In this document: positions 50,240 to 63,410 of the stretch, piece after piece | Numbering within the stretch: position 1 is the first letter of the stretch | How the letters are laid out: each line of letters opens with the position of its first letter | NCBI RefSeq assembly: GCF_000150275.1 | Contig: NW_002060946.1 | Coordinates: 1,626,722 to 1,690,721 of the forward strand | Direction of reading: 5' to 3' | Length of the DNA: 64,000 nt | Source of the DNA: Trichoplax adhaerens | Lineage: Eukaryota; Animalia; Placozoa | Notes under the pieces: model-generated | What the model saw: the letters and a program-made list of their open reading frames with translations, nothing else | Told to the model about the DNA's origin: nothing | Databases searched by the model: none | Program-made: the position numbers and the translations under genes

Positions 50240-51910
50240 TGCACTTTCATGCAGATATTTTGCGTTGACGGATAGTTTGAATAATTCATTCATCAATCAA
50301 AAATAGCTGGGAAATGATCTGGCCCATACTTGTATCCATTGCAATCATTAGGATAGGGAATATACCGTACAAACGCGGTTGTAAAATGGGTCTTGATGCA
50401 AGTGCAGTACTGTTCCATACGCGAAGACAATTTGCGTTCACGGATAATAATTGCTAATTATTACAGTACTAAGGAATCAAAAATAGAAGAAATAATCTGG
50501 CCAATACTTGTATCCATTACAATTATTAGGATAGGGAATATACCGTAGAAATACAATTCGATGGTGACTTGTAGAATGAGTCTTCATGCAAGTGCAGTAC
50601 TGTTCCATATCCGAAGACAATTTGCGTTCACGGATAATAATTACTAATTATTACAGTATTAAGGAATCCAAAATAGCTGGGAAATAATCTGGCCCATACT
50701 TGTATCCATTACAATCATTAGGATAGGGAATATACCGTAGAAATACAATTCGATGATGACTTGTAGAATGGGTCTTCATGCAAGTGCAGTACTGTTCTAC
50801 ACGCGAAGACAATTTGCGTTCACGGATAATAATTACTAATTATTACAGTATTAAGGAATCAAAAATAGAGGAAATAATCTGGCCCATACTTGTATCCATT
50901 ACAATTATTAGGATAGGAAATAATCTAGCCAATACTTTTATCTATTTCAATTTTTCATTAGGATAAAGATTGAGGATTCTAGCGTGGAAACGCAATTCAA
51001 TAACGCTGTTTCAATTTTCATTAGGATAAGGATTGAGAATTCTACCGTGGAAACGCAATTCGATAATGACTTGTAAAACTTGTTTTATCTATCTTCAGAG
51101 TACCTACCGTTCCAAACATGAAAACAATTTGCGTTCACGGATACTGATTAGTAAATATAATTAATTATTCTTAAGGAATCATAAATAGCGGAAATTATCT
51201 ACCGCTTAATTGTATCGATTTCAATTTTTTCAATAGGATAACGACTACATTATACCGTGGAAATGCAATTCGATGACAATTTATAATATTTGTCTTCATG
51301 GAAGTGCGGTACTATTCCATACATGAAGACAATTTTGCGTTCACGGATAGTGATTAGTAATTATAATTAATTATTATTAAGGAATCAAAAATAGAGGAAA
51401 TGATCTGGCGTATATACTTTTATCCATTTCAATTTATCAATAGGATAAGGATTAAGGATTATACTGTAGAAACGCAATTCGATGACGACTTCTAAATTGC
51501 AGTACTGTTCTATACATGAAGACAATTTACGTTCTCGGATAGTGATTACTAGATATAATAAATCCTTATTAATGAATTAAAAATAGAGGAAATGATCTGG
51601 CGTATATACTTGTATCCATTTCAATTTATCAATAGGATAAGGATTAAAGATTATACCGTTGGAACGCAATTCGAAATTGATTTGTTATTTGTCTTCATAA
51701 CAGTGTAATACTGTTCGGAAGTCTATTCCGTATATTAAGACAATTAGCGTTAACGGATAGTGATTCATAATAATTATTTTTATTCACGACTCAAAAATAG
51801 ACGAAATGATCTGGCGTATATACTTGTATCCATTTCAATTTATTAATAGGATAAGGATTATATTATAACAATTATACCGTGGAAACCCATTTCATGACGA
51901 CTTGCAAAAT
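50240..51910. repeat. Tandem array of about 191-215 bp units (about 8 copies) between the divergent EIF4E3 and HEMK1 genes
   Basis: gacaatttgcgttcacggata occurs at 50426, 50617 and 50808, with diverged copies near 51123, 51328, 51521 and 51739. Confidence 0.93.
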
Positions 51911-52965
51911 TGCTTAAATTGATTTATTTATTTTACAAGTTGATGTTGCTCTATTTCAATTAATATCTCAGTTATAGAACTGGTAGCAAGATTAGGCAAA
52001 TAAACTATAGTCATGCACTTCTGTATGCAATAAGACGGGGATATCCAACCTGTACTATTACTCATGAATTCATTTTGTTCATTTCACAAGTTTATGCTGA
52101 TCAACTTGAATTGAAACCTCTGTTGTTGTATCGAGCAGCAGTATGCCTTCGTCATCAAGACTACAGTAGTCCATCTTGACTAGTAACCCACTGGACTGAG
52201 TAGTACTGTAAGTCTGCGGCTAATAGTCTGATAATCGTCACGAGGACAGTAATACTCAAACAAGAAAACTAATCTATCTAAGATACGACTATAGCATTCT
52301 CAAGGAAAAATATTTCCTTCTTCTGACTATCCGTGCCTTGGCCTCGCTATCTCACACAATTACCAATAGCGTACGATGTTAAACAGGTACTTTAGCTGAT
52401 TGAAAGCCACCCTTTGAAGTGGGTTAATTATCACATTGCCATTGCAATTTGAACCTCTTTCCCTTAACATTTGGCCATTTTTACAAGTAGAAAATGGCGT
52501 TGATTGCCAGCAATCAACGCCTTCATTAAACGTATACTATCACTGTACTAGCAGTAGTCTGCCACACCTACGCGTCCAGGATGCTGTCGGTCCACTTGAA
52601 GGAACATGCATCCAACGATGCTATTGGTTCACAAACACTACTGGATAACTTATACAAACTAATATATGAGTGTCAAAATGAGAGAGACACAGCAAATCGT
52701 ACCCAACAGTTATTCTACTCCATAGCAACGATCATTCCACGCCGATGGTGATACTGTTAGCACCTTGAATGGACGACAAGATAGAATATCTTTTACTTAG
52801 CCGTCCATGGTAGCAATTGATGCCAACTTCTACACCTTTAGTGGCCTCTCCCTTTACGATGAAGCATTGCTGGGCTTCATTAGCCATATAGCATGAGCCG
52901 ATTGAATTTCAAAAGGTTTCATCGTCTAGGATTGATTACCTCAGCATTGATGCATTTCATTCATC

Positions 52966-55900
52966 ATGGCTACTAGCGTTAGCAGATATTCTACCCGTAG
53001 CACCAGCAATTTAGCTAAAAATCTTGTATCCCTTTGGACTCAACGGCTCCGAGATGCAGCTATCCCTGAGCCCAGAACTTCAACACAGCTCATTATGGAC
53101 TATGTCATCCGACTAAATCAATGTGTAAGAATATTACCTATTCGTAGGATAACACTCATCAATCAATCAACATCTGCCATTCCAATTTTTGTACATACTT
53201 TTACTCTACTAGATGCAACAGTATGTCATAACTCTACCTCAGTTGCAGCTATCGGGATATCTATTGCAATTAGGTTGTGTACTCTTCTCCTTTTGGGGGC
53301 GGAGCAGTTTTTTCTCATACGCAATCCATGCCCTTCACAATATCTCCGACGGGAATCCATCAATCAATGATGCTCTACAACAATAATTAATAATAAGACT
53401 ATCTATTTGAGGGTAGTTTCCAGCAATGCAATTGATGTCTAGTACTCTTTTTGCATTTGCAGCAGTTGCAGCCTAATATTATACGTATAATAATTAACAG
53501 CGACTACTGCACATAAAAAACTATGCAAATCCATGCCTGGTACTCTCTTTCAGTTGGAGGAGTCTCTGCTAATACTTAATCCATCCATTCACTATGCTCG
53601 ACTTGCTGCATCAATAAATGAGCAATATACTCTAAACAGTCAATAAATAATAATAGTACTGTGTCGTTGTCGTTTCCAGCAATGCAATCCATGGCTAGCA
53701 TATAAGAATTAGCACCTTCCACCCCGAATAAGAAAAGGCAATCCATGTCGAGTACCCTTTTATTTACAATAGTCTGCTAATACGCAATCGATCCATTCAC
53801 TATACTTGCTATATGAATGAATGAATAATACTTTAAATAGTTAATAATTCTGTCAGTTTTTTGTCATTTCCAGCAATGCAATCCATGTCGAGTGCTCTTT
53901 CTATTTCCAATAGTCTGCTAATACGCAATCCCATCCATTCACTATACTTACCATATCAATGAATGAATAATACTCTAAATAGTCAACAATTTTGTCAGAT
54001 TTTTGTCATTTTTAGCAATGCAATCGTACTCTTTTTATTTGCAATAGTCTACTAATACGCAATCCATCCTTTCACTGTACTTGTAACATGCATAGATGAA
54101 TAATACTCTTAATAGTCAATAGTAATTCTGTCAGTTGTTTGTCATTTCCAGCAATGCAATCCATGCCTAGTATTCTTCTCATTTGCAATAGTCTACTAAT
54201 ACGCAATCGATCCATTTATTATACTTACTACATGAATGAATGAATAATACTTTAAATAGTCAATAACTAATAATTCTGTCAGTTCTTTGTCATTTCCAGC
54301 AATGCAATCCATGTCTAGTACTCTTCCCATTTGCAATAGTCTACTAATACGCAATCCATCCATTCACTATACTTACCATATCAATGAATGAATAATATTC
54401 TAAATAATCAATAGTAATTCTAACAGTTTTTTGTCATTTCTAGTAATACAATCCATATCTAGTACTCTTCCCATTTGCAATAGTCTACTAATATGCAATC
54501 CATCCATTCACACTATATTTGCCACATGAATGAATGAATAATACTTTAAACAGTCAATAATTTTGTCAGTTCTTTGTCATTTCCAGCGATGCAATCCATG
54601 TCTAGTACTCTTCCCATTTGCAATAGTCTACTAATACGCAATCTCATCCATTCACTATACTTGCTATATGAATGAATGAATAATACTCTACATAGTCAAT
54701 AATCAATAATTCTGTCAGTTCTTTGTCATTTTTTCAGCAATGCAATCCATGTCTAGTACTCTTCCCAATTGCAATAGTCTGCTAATATGCAATCGATCCA
54801 TTCACTATACTTGCTATATGAATGAATGAATAATACTCTTAATAGTCAATAGTAATTCTGTCAGCTTTTTGTCATTTCCAGCAAAGCAATCTATGTCTAG
54901 TATTCTTCCCATTTGCAATAGTCTACTAATACGCAATCCCATCTATTCACTATACTTGCTACATGAATGAATGGATGATACTCTAAATAGTCAATAATTA
55001 ATAATTCTGTCAGTTCTTTGTCATTTCCAGCAATGCAACCCATGTCTAGTATTCTTTATATACAGTAGACTCTGCTAATACACAACCTATGCCTTTCACT
55101 ATACCTACTACATGAATGAATCAATCAATGATTTCTACAAAAGTAAAATAACAATAACACTGTCAATTTAGGGGTAATTTGTAGCAATGCAATTCATAAC
55201 TAGTACTCTTACTTATTTGGAGTAGTCGCTACGGATTACAACATTATACAGTATGTATAATTACCAGTGACTACTTTAAATGGAAAAGAATTGCAATCTA
55301 TGTCTGGTACTCTTTTTGTTTGGAGTAATCACTGCCTATTATTGTTATACGTATAATAATGAATTGTAAATAATTAACAGCGACTACTCCAAATAAAAAT
55401 AATATTATCCATGTCTGGTACTCTTCTTACTTGGATTAGTCTCTGCTAATACGCAATCCATCCATTCACTTCACTCGCTACAATGAATGAATGAATAATA
55501 TTCTAAGCAGTCAATAATAATACTATCGTATCTTTGTCATTTCTAGCAATGCAATCCATGTCTAGCACTCATTTGTATTTGAAGTAGCCTCCACTAATAC
55601 ACAATCTACGCCGTTGACTATAACTGCTACATGAATGAACGAATAATACTCTAAACAATCAATAGTAATAATGTCATTTCCAGCTACGCAATCCATGTTT
55701 AGTACTCATTCATATTTGGAATAGTCTGTGCTAATACGCAATCTACATCATTCATTATAGCTGCTACATGAAAGAATGAATAATACTCTAAACAATTAAT
55801 AATTTAATAATACTGCCATTTCTTTGTCATTTCTAGCAATGCAATTTATATCTAGCACCTTTTTTTATTTGAAGCAGTCTCTGCTAATATGCTATTCAGG

Positions 55901-57927
55901 CATAGACTAAGAATTAAAAATCAGTCACGATGTGTATGTATAAGTTAATTTCTATTATTGCTAATCATTGTTCTACGTACTATAGGTGTCTAAAATAGAA
56001 GAAAATGGCAATCCTGAGCTGACTGTCCAACAAATTCAACTTTTCAACAAGCTTTGCTCCAAGAGGCTCGATAGGTATCTATAATTTAATACTGATACTT
56101 ATAGTAGAATTAATTAAAAATGTGCATATTTTAATATATAATATATATATTTATGCAATATTTTATAAACTCTATTTGGTGATAACTATGCATATGCGTA
56201 TGTATACGAAATAGAATATCTTGTTAATACTGCACGCAGATGAATAGAATCTATGCTGACTATAGATGATAGTATTCTCGCTTAGCTGTATATTTACTAT
56301 AGTTCAACACTTACTATTTCGCCAATGGACTCTGTTAAAATTTTCAGAATGCCAGTACAATACATCATCCGAGAATGGGATTTTAGATATATCACACTGA
56401 AGATGCAACCACCAGTTTTTATTCCTCGCCCGGAAACTGAGGTACTATGAGCTTGCAAATAGGCCAATCGGTCTTGAAGACATAGAAAACTAATTCAATT
56501 GCAAGACTAAAATTTACACTGTGTTGCTATACGTGTAGTACGTACAAATCGCTCATCATTGCATGCTGCTAATAAGATAATACTTTTTTCATACGAACTG
56601 GTTATTGCAAAAAATGGCGTATCTATCCTTTAAGTGCAAAATAGACTTTGTAAATAGAGTATCATAAACGGTATAAGAAAAGACATTTAAAATCAATGCT
56701 GTATACTGTAATGATATTTGATTAGGAGCTAGTGGATTTGATAAACTTACATGAGTTTCATCATAAAAGAGAGAACGAATCAATCACATTTCTGGATATT
56801 TGCTGTGGCAGCGGAGCTATCGGTTTATCGCTCTTGTGCGAAAATCCCCAAGTAAACGCTATATTAATATTAGCTTAATAAAGTATATGCAATGAATTAA
56901 ACCAGCTGTAGAAATGAAAAGTTGATGCTTTTTTAAAGTATATACCCCTTTATTATTTCCTATTTAGGCCACATGCATTGCCATCGATAAAGATCCAAAT
57001 GCAATTAGCCTGACAGAATTAAATAGCCAACGGTAATTATTTCACTTTTAAATAAATAGTACAGCTATCGCAAAAGATCACTAGAACTATTTCTACACCT
57101 TGTATGCCCCTTGAATATTTAGGCTTAACCTAGGCAGCAGGATGATAGTTGAACATCTCGACGTGATGAAGAGTAGGTATCGATAGTCAATCACCGGATA
57201 CTATTTCTTGAAATAGAATGACCCGTTTAAGGATCTTAACTCAAAACCTATTTCTAATCCTAAATAACAGCTGAATTCCATCATGGTTTTGGTCATGATG
57301 AAGCAGTAGATTTTATAGTGAGTAATCCTCCCTATATACCTTCTAAACAACTGGCGAGCTTGCAAGAGGAGATTATTAGGTTGTCATGATGACCTACAGT
57401 ATTATAGTCGATTTTATTATCCGAGTTGTAATCGGTATAATTTGTTGTACTATAGCTTTGAAAGTTCCCTTGCACTCGATGGCGGTTGCGATGGCCTAGA
57501 CATTGTGAAACAAATTTTACATTTTGCACGTTTATGCTTAAAGGATAAAGGGTTAGTGTTTGTACGTTGCACAGAAATCGTATATACTTTCGTTAGGTAA
57601 AAGTTTGAAGCGATTGATTATTCTAATTATCCATCGAATTTATTTGATTTCTACGGTTGTGCTTGTATTATTAGTAAAATATGGTTGGAAGTAGATATCA
57701 ATCATCCCGAGATGATTGAGCATTACCTCAATACTCATGATACCGATTTTACGTACGATGCAACATTCAAGGATTATACCAATAGGTACTACAGTATATT
57801 GCATCATCTGTGTTTGCACATGAAATCCTTTAACGATATATTTATTGCTACTGTGTTAATCCTATTTTATGTATTTTGTAGAGCAAGATTCTGCAAGTTG
57901 GAGTACCATAAGAAAGATAAGACATAA
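52966..57927 (+). CDS. HEMK1: HemK/PrmC-family release-factor glutamine N5-methyltransferase, probably mitochondrial; 10 exons
   Basis: Exon 1 (52966-53124) and exon 2 (55986-56074) are followed by [27 protein letters not shown], the SAM motif [26 protein letters not shown] and DYTNRARF. The N-terminus is S/T/R-rich without acidic residues, like a mitochondrial presequence. Stop at 57925-57927. Confidence 0.95.
53290..55890. repeat. About 140-150 bp tandem array (roughly 15-18 copies) filling HEMK1 intron 1
   Basis: Recurrent cagcaatgcaatccatgtctagtactct...ctaatacgcaatccatccattcactatac...atgaatgaatgaataatactct. Confidence 0.95.
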
Positions 57928-58559
57928 TGTAATTATCGACAGTATCTTTAACATAGGCTATGTGGAATTTTAGATTGAAATACTGTATTCTGATCAAAAA
58001 TAGCTAAACTACTGTAGTAAATCTTTTGCCATTTAAAATAAACTATTTATAATGCCAATCATTTAGGTAAATAAGATATTACAATGATTCATGTCCATGC
58101 CGTAAGACGGTTTGATCTTTGGTAAAGTGATTGAAAATTTTGCTTATTTTATAGGAGAGTTTTTTACGCACAGCTGCATAGAAATTAGTTCATAACTACA
58201 GTCGAAAACACTATAGATGCCATCTAACTTTGCAAAGCGTGTCTTTAAGAATGTATGGCACTCATGATTGATACAGATGATATGGATGTATTTGTATTAA
58301 TAAAATGTAGCATGACTGGATATGACTGTCCTAGCCGTCTTCCGTTCAAGTTGCTGGCAAAGAGAATACCCGTATAATATTGCCTAGGGCTAGTGGTTTA
58401 AAGTATCAAGTGCATTATACTATATCATTCGATTCTTCTCCAGCGTAATATTTGCATTATCCAACTCTGGAAGATCATAAAATGATCACTTTTGCAATCA
58501 GAACTGACACTAATGCCCATTAGTGGATAAGCTCGAATGAGGAAAGTTTATTGATCCAC

Positions 58560-59270
58560 GCATAATTAGGCTACTGCAGCACTACTTTATTCAGTATGGA
58601 TAATTTTTGTAAGGTAATATCAAAGTCAAGCATGGAGCACTCGGATGTTTCTAAAGCAAGGGAGAATTGATTAAGACAGGAATGGCTAGGCTACTGCAGT
58701 GCAACTTTTTTCACTATGGATAGCTTTTGCACCTGTAAGTTAATGTCATAGACTATTCGGATGCTTAGAGTGAGGAGAGGATGCACAAATGCTTACTGAT
58801 TAGGCTGCTGTAGTCCTACTTTTTTTCAATATATGCGTAGATATAGCCTTTGCACACGTAAGTTAATGTCAAGGTAAAGCATGGACTATTCGGATGCTTA
58901 GAGTGAGGAGAGGATGCACAAATGCTTACTGGTTAGGCTGCTACAGTGCTACTTTTTTTTCAACATGGATGGGTTTTGCACCTGTAAGTTAATGCCATGG
59001 AGTATTCGGATGCTTAGAGTGAGGAGAGAATACACAAATGCTTACTGGTTAGGCTACTGTAGTCCTACTTTTTTTTCAATATACGCGTAGATAGCCTTTG
59101 CACACGTAAGTTAATGTCAAAGTAAAACATGGACTATTCGGATGCTTAGAGTGAGGAGAGGATACACAAATGCTTACTGGTTAGGGCTACTATAGTCCTA
59201 CTTTATTCAATATCGATAGCTTATGCACTATAATATCAAAGTAAAGTATACTCCAGTGCTACTTTACTCA
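58560..59270. repeat. Tandem array with alternating long and short units (133/116/132 bp)
   Basis: atgcttagagtgaggagag occurs at 58761, 58894, 59010 and 59142. Confidence 0.9.
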
Positions 59271-59384
59271 ATGGTTCTCATAGGAATCTTTGCAACGAAA
59301 AATATCGATTGAAGTCAAAATGATACAGATCGAATACATGCAAGCTAATATGTTGGAAGCAACATTTAGTGGACGTAATCAATT

Positions 59385-60800
59385 CAGCAATTTTGAATAG
59401 GATGCAATAAATGGCCAGATTATACCCACTTCTAGTGTCATTAATACACAACTTGTCTGACTGCTATAGTACTACTTTACTGGATATTGATCGCTTTTGG
59501 AAGTTCATATTATAGTCAAATATGGAGCTTTTGGATGTTTAGGCTGAGGAGACTTTAATGAATTCATCAATTTTGAATAGGATGCAATACATGACCAGAT
59601 TATAACCACTTCCAGTGTCATTAATACACAACTTGTCTGACGACTATAGTCCTACTTTACTGGATATTGATCGCTTTTGTAAATTAATATTGTAGTCAAG
59701 TATGGAGCTTTTGGATGTTTAGGCTGAGGAAATTTTCTTGATTGGTACTTGCAATGACAAGATAGTGGATAGTAAAACGTGAATAGAAGCCAATGGTCAG
59801 CTCTAGTAAGATGATTATAATTGGAGATTTTGTTGGTTGCAGTCATTGGATAAAAAGTTCTTAGACAACATGGCAATGCAGTATACTCGTCTATTCTGCC
59901 TAGCAGGCTCCCCAGGGATACATACTGTATATAGAAGATAAATTCCTTTTCCTAGTCTATATCGATGTAGAAATTGTGTCCTTTCGGATCTGGACCAAGC
60001 CTTTCATAGTTGATGAAGTATTCTACTTGTACTTCAACTCTATATGAAGTTTGTTATGATCGATAGTCAATTAATTAGCAACAGCACAACCTCTTTATCC
60101 TTTATAATTAATTGCAATGGAAGTCCATCAGAGCGAGAGAAATGCCAATCAATATCATTAATTGCAAGTCTTTTATCGTGTGAAACAATACGAAACTCTG
60201 TTGATATAATTAGTCCAAAAGATGATGATGGAGTAGAGAAACAAAAGCTACATTATAACTCTAAATACGATGTGTTAGCAACAATAACGACCGGAGTTAA
60301 AATTGTGCGTCCATGACGATCCATTTACCCTATTGGATTCGGGGAGGATGATTGTTCAAGTCTATGATGGCCATGGTCGATTTGAATGCAAAATAACAAC
60401 AAGGGGGAAAGGTAATAAGCGATCAAGCGAGTGATTTGGGCCATTACCTCCTAATTCAATCATCTTTGGATGTGTCCAACCGACTCTTATGTCAATGCCG
60501 TCATGGACAAGTAAAATCGACAGGGGGGGTAGCTAGGTTAAAACGTTGAATAATCCCTGCTGCTTTCTAACTAATAATGATGAAGAAGGAAGGCAAGTTT
60601 ACTGTAATAAACGATCAAGCGAGTGATTTGGGCCATTACCTCCCAATTCAATCACCTTTGGATGTGTCCAACCGACTCTTATGTCAATGCCGTCATGGAC
60701 AAGTAAAATCGACAGGGGGGTAGCTAGGTTAAAATGTTGAATAATCCCTTCTGCTTTCTAACTAATAATGAAGGAAGGAAGACAAGTTTACTGTATTTTA
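59385..60800. repeat. Two direct duplications: 180 bp x2 (59389/59569) and 192 bp x2 (60420/60612)
   Basis: Anchors aattttgaataggatgcaata and cgatcaagcgagtgatttgggccattacc. Confidence 0.9.
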
Positions 60801-62299
60801 AACAGATTGAGGCCATTTCTCAAGAAGGTAATGGTTTGATTCAAGTACTGTATTCATGGCATTGCCGTTGAGTTGCGATGGACTAGACCAAAATTATCAT
60901 CTGCAGCGGCAGATCACTTTGGTCCTAGTTAACAAGGAGAACTATTTCTGGATTCTTCCTTGGTAGGAGCCGTTGTACCGTATTTAGTTTGTTATTTATT
61001 CGCACCGTTGATTCTACAGTAAAATGAAGTCAACACTATCGCTAAAGCCCCAAATTGGGAGGATACATGGTCTCTTTTGACGGTTATTGCGTTGCTTTAC
61101 GACTATTTCCAATGCATTTCATTGAGGGTAGTCGTCCATGACGGACAAATGTTGACGACAACATCCAAACTATTGGCTTCTTTTCCTATTTCACTGTTGT
61201 TGATCGAGTGTTCCATTTTGCAAATCCGGTCCCCGAAGCAGAGATCACTCAATCTCCCTCTCTCATCCAAGAAATGATTCACTCTCTCCTAATTTACCCT
61301 AATTTACTCGTACGTATAATGAAGAGAAAAGTGCGCCGTTCTTGTCAAGGAAGAGAGTTTTATTTCCCATGAGAGAGGGATATTGAGTAGTCGCTGGTAG
61401 GCCACTTATTCGTACAAGAAAATTTTCCAACTGATTGAGTCACTGGCGTATTCTGCCAGTGATCGATAGTACTGTATATCGTCATTTGTAGCACTGCAGC
61501 CATGTCCATCATTGGCATTGATTCTACCACAGGGAATGCAAGATGGCTCAATAGCAGTCTACTAATGCTCAGTTTACTCCATAAATTTGTTCAACAGTGA
61601 CAGTTGTCAACAGCGCTAGAAAGTTGGTTTTATTTTCCTATCCAAACTGCTATCCGCTATTCACTACTACTTTCCAACAAGGCTGCCCATAAAGTACACT
61701 CATGCAACTACAGTAAGATGGCGTCAAGGATAAATGCAAACCGCAATGATTTCAAGACAGCCGCGTCTTGCTTGATTATCTTGTTGAAAAGTGTTGTATC
61801 TCGATTTAAATTGAAGACAATTAGTATGATTGGATTGATTCAAATGTTGTAAATTGAAAATAATTTGGCTTGAATGGGAACGATAAATGTAGAAACAGAC
61901 TACAAGTGATTTTCGATTTTTAGCGGTCTTGATTAAGATAGGGATATCCAAGGTAGTAGAGTGGGCACAGAAGAAAGATTGATTGCACGAGTAGAGTAGA
62001 GAATGATGGCATTCAGTGTCATGATTGGCAAAGACAAGCTTTGCTAATGAAATGATTCTTCTTGCTCAGATATGTCCGTGTACACTGAAGAATGGCAGAC
62101 AGTAGCGATAGAACGCTTAGTATCCATCACATAAGGCACCATGGAGATGATACTAGACATTTGTAAAACAGCAAGACAGTGGTGGCTTGGCTACCAAAGT
62201 GAATATTCTTGCTCAGATGTCTCCATTTCATCGATAGCAGTTTTTACTCCAGCCAAGCTATACTATTAAGGGGGCGACTCTTCTTTCTCCTATGTATGA

Positions 62300-62690
62300 T
62301 GTGTCAGTAAGAAGGGAAGAAATGATCGGATTCCATCTCCAGCACGACGATGATGTGTAATTTAGTGAAGGGAAGAAGTCATTGGATTGTATCCTAGGTA
62401 GGACGATGATGTGCAATTTAGTGAAGGGAAGAAGCCATTGGATTGTATCCAAGGTAGGACGATGATGTGCAATTTAGTGAAGGGAAGAAGCCATTGGATT
62501 CTTTCCTAACTACGACGATGATGTGCAAGAAAAGAAAGAAGCCATTGGATTGTATCCTAAGGTACGACGATGATGTGCAATTTAGTGAAGGGAAGAAGCC
62601 ATTGGATTGTATCCAAGGTAGGACGATGATGTGCAATTAGNNNNNNNNNNNNNNNNNNNNNNNNNNNNNNNNNNNNNNNNNNNNNNNNNN
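62300..62690. repeat. About 57-bp minisatellite running into an assembly gap (62641-62690)
   Basis: Repeated gacgatgatgtgcaatttagtgaagggaagaagccattggattgtatcc, then 50 N. Confidence 0.92.
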
Positions 62691-63178
62691 GTCCATATGG
62701 TTTATAAATAGATTAGGCATTATCGCTCAACCCGTTAAGAATATTTGCCTGCTTAGTCTCCGCAATTGCCCTATCTAACAGATTAGGTATTGTAGCTCAA
62801 CCTTAACCGAAAATTTGCCTTCTTAATTTTGATCAATTCCCTATTCACCGTCAATTTTAGCAATGTTCCACATAGTTTATAATGTATGTTCCACATAGAT
62901 TATAAACTTCACAATATCTGTTCACACAATTTCAAATATTACCCCTCATATAAACAGTCGAAAACGGCTTAGATAATCCGGATAATCAGATTAAATTAAA
63001 GTTCATAGTCTATGTGGAACATAGATTTACAGGAAAATCGAGTTGTCTAAGATAAACCGGATAATCAGTCTTATAGAACAGGGATAGGGATATACAATTA
63101 TAATTTACGTGGGATATATGCGCGTATATTTGATTGACATAATCGCGCAATAATAAATATATCATAACTGGATTAGAG

Positions 63179-63410
63179 AGATAGAGAAGACCTGGACCAA
63201 TCGCGAATCTCGTATATAATAACTAACTAAGAGAATTTAAAAATAAATCGTCGGCTCAAAAGAGTTGTTATTACATTTCTTCTCGCGCGCGTCAGCATAT
63301 ATGCCAAAGAAATATATAAAAAATTTTTAAGCCGACGGCTCTTTTTTTTTCTTTAAATAATTTTTTTTATATTATTATTATTTTCGCGTGGGTCCAGGTC
63401 TTCTCTATCT
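63179..63410. mobile_element. MITE-like element, about 232 bp, with a perfect 20-bp terminal inverted repeat
   Basis: agatagagaagacctggacc (63179-63198) pairs with ggtccaggtcttctctatct (63391-63410). Subterminal cgcgaa/ttcgcg and internal cgtcggct/agccgacg repeats are also inverted. The interior is AT-rich and non-coding. Confidence 0.75.

Noticed and set aside
46277-57927. EIF4E3 and HEMK1 as a co-regulated translation module on a bidirectional promoter
   Set aside because: The start codons are 3.3 kb apart with a repeat array between them, and the proteins probably act in different compartments. Adjacency alone is not evidence.
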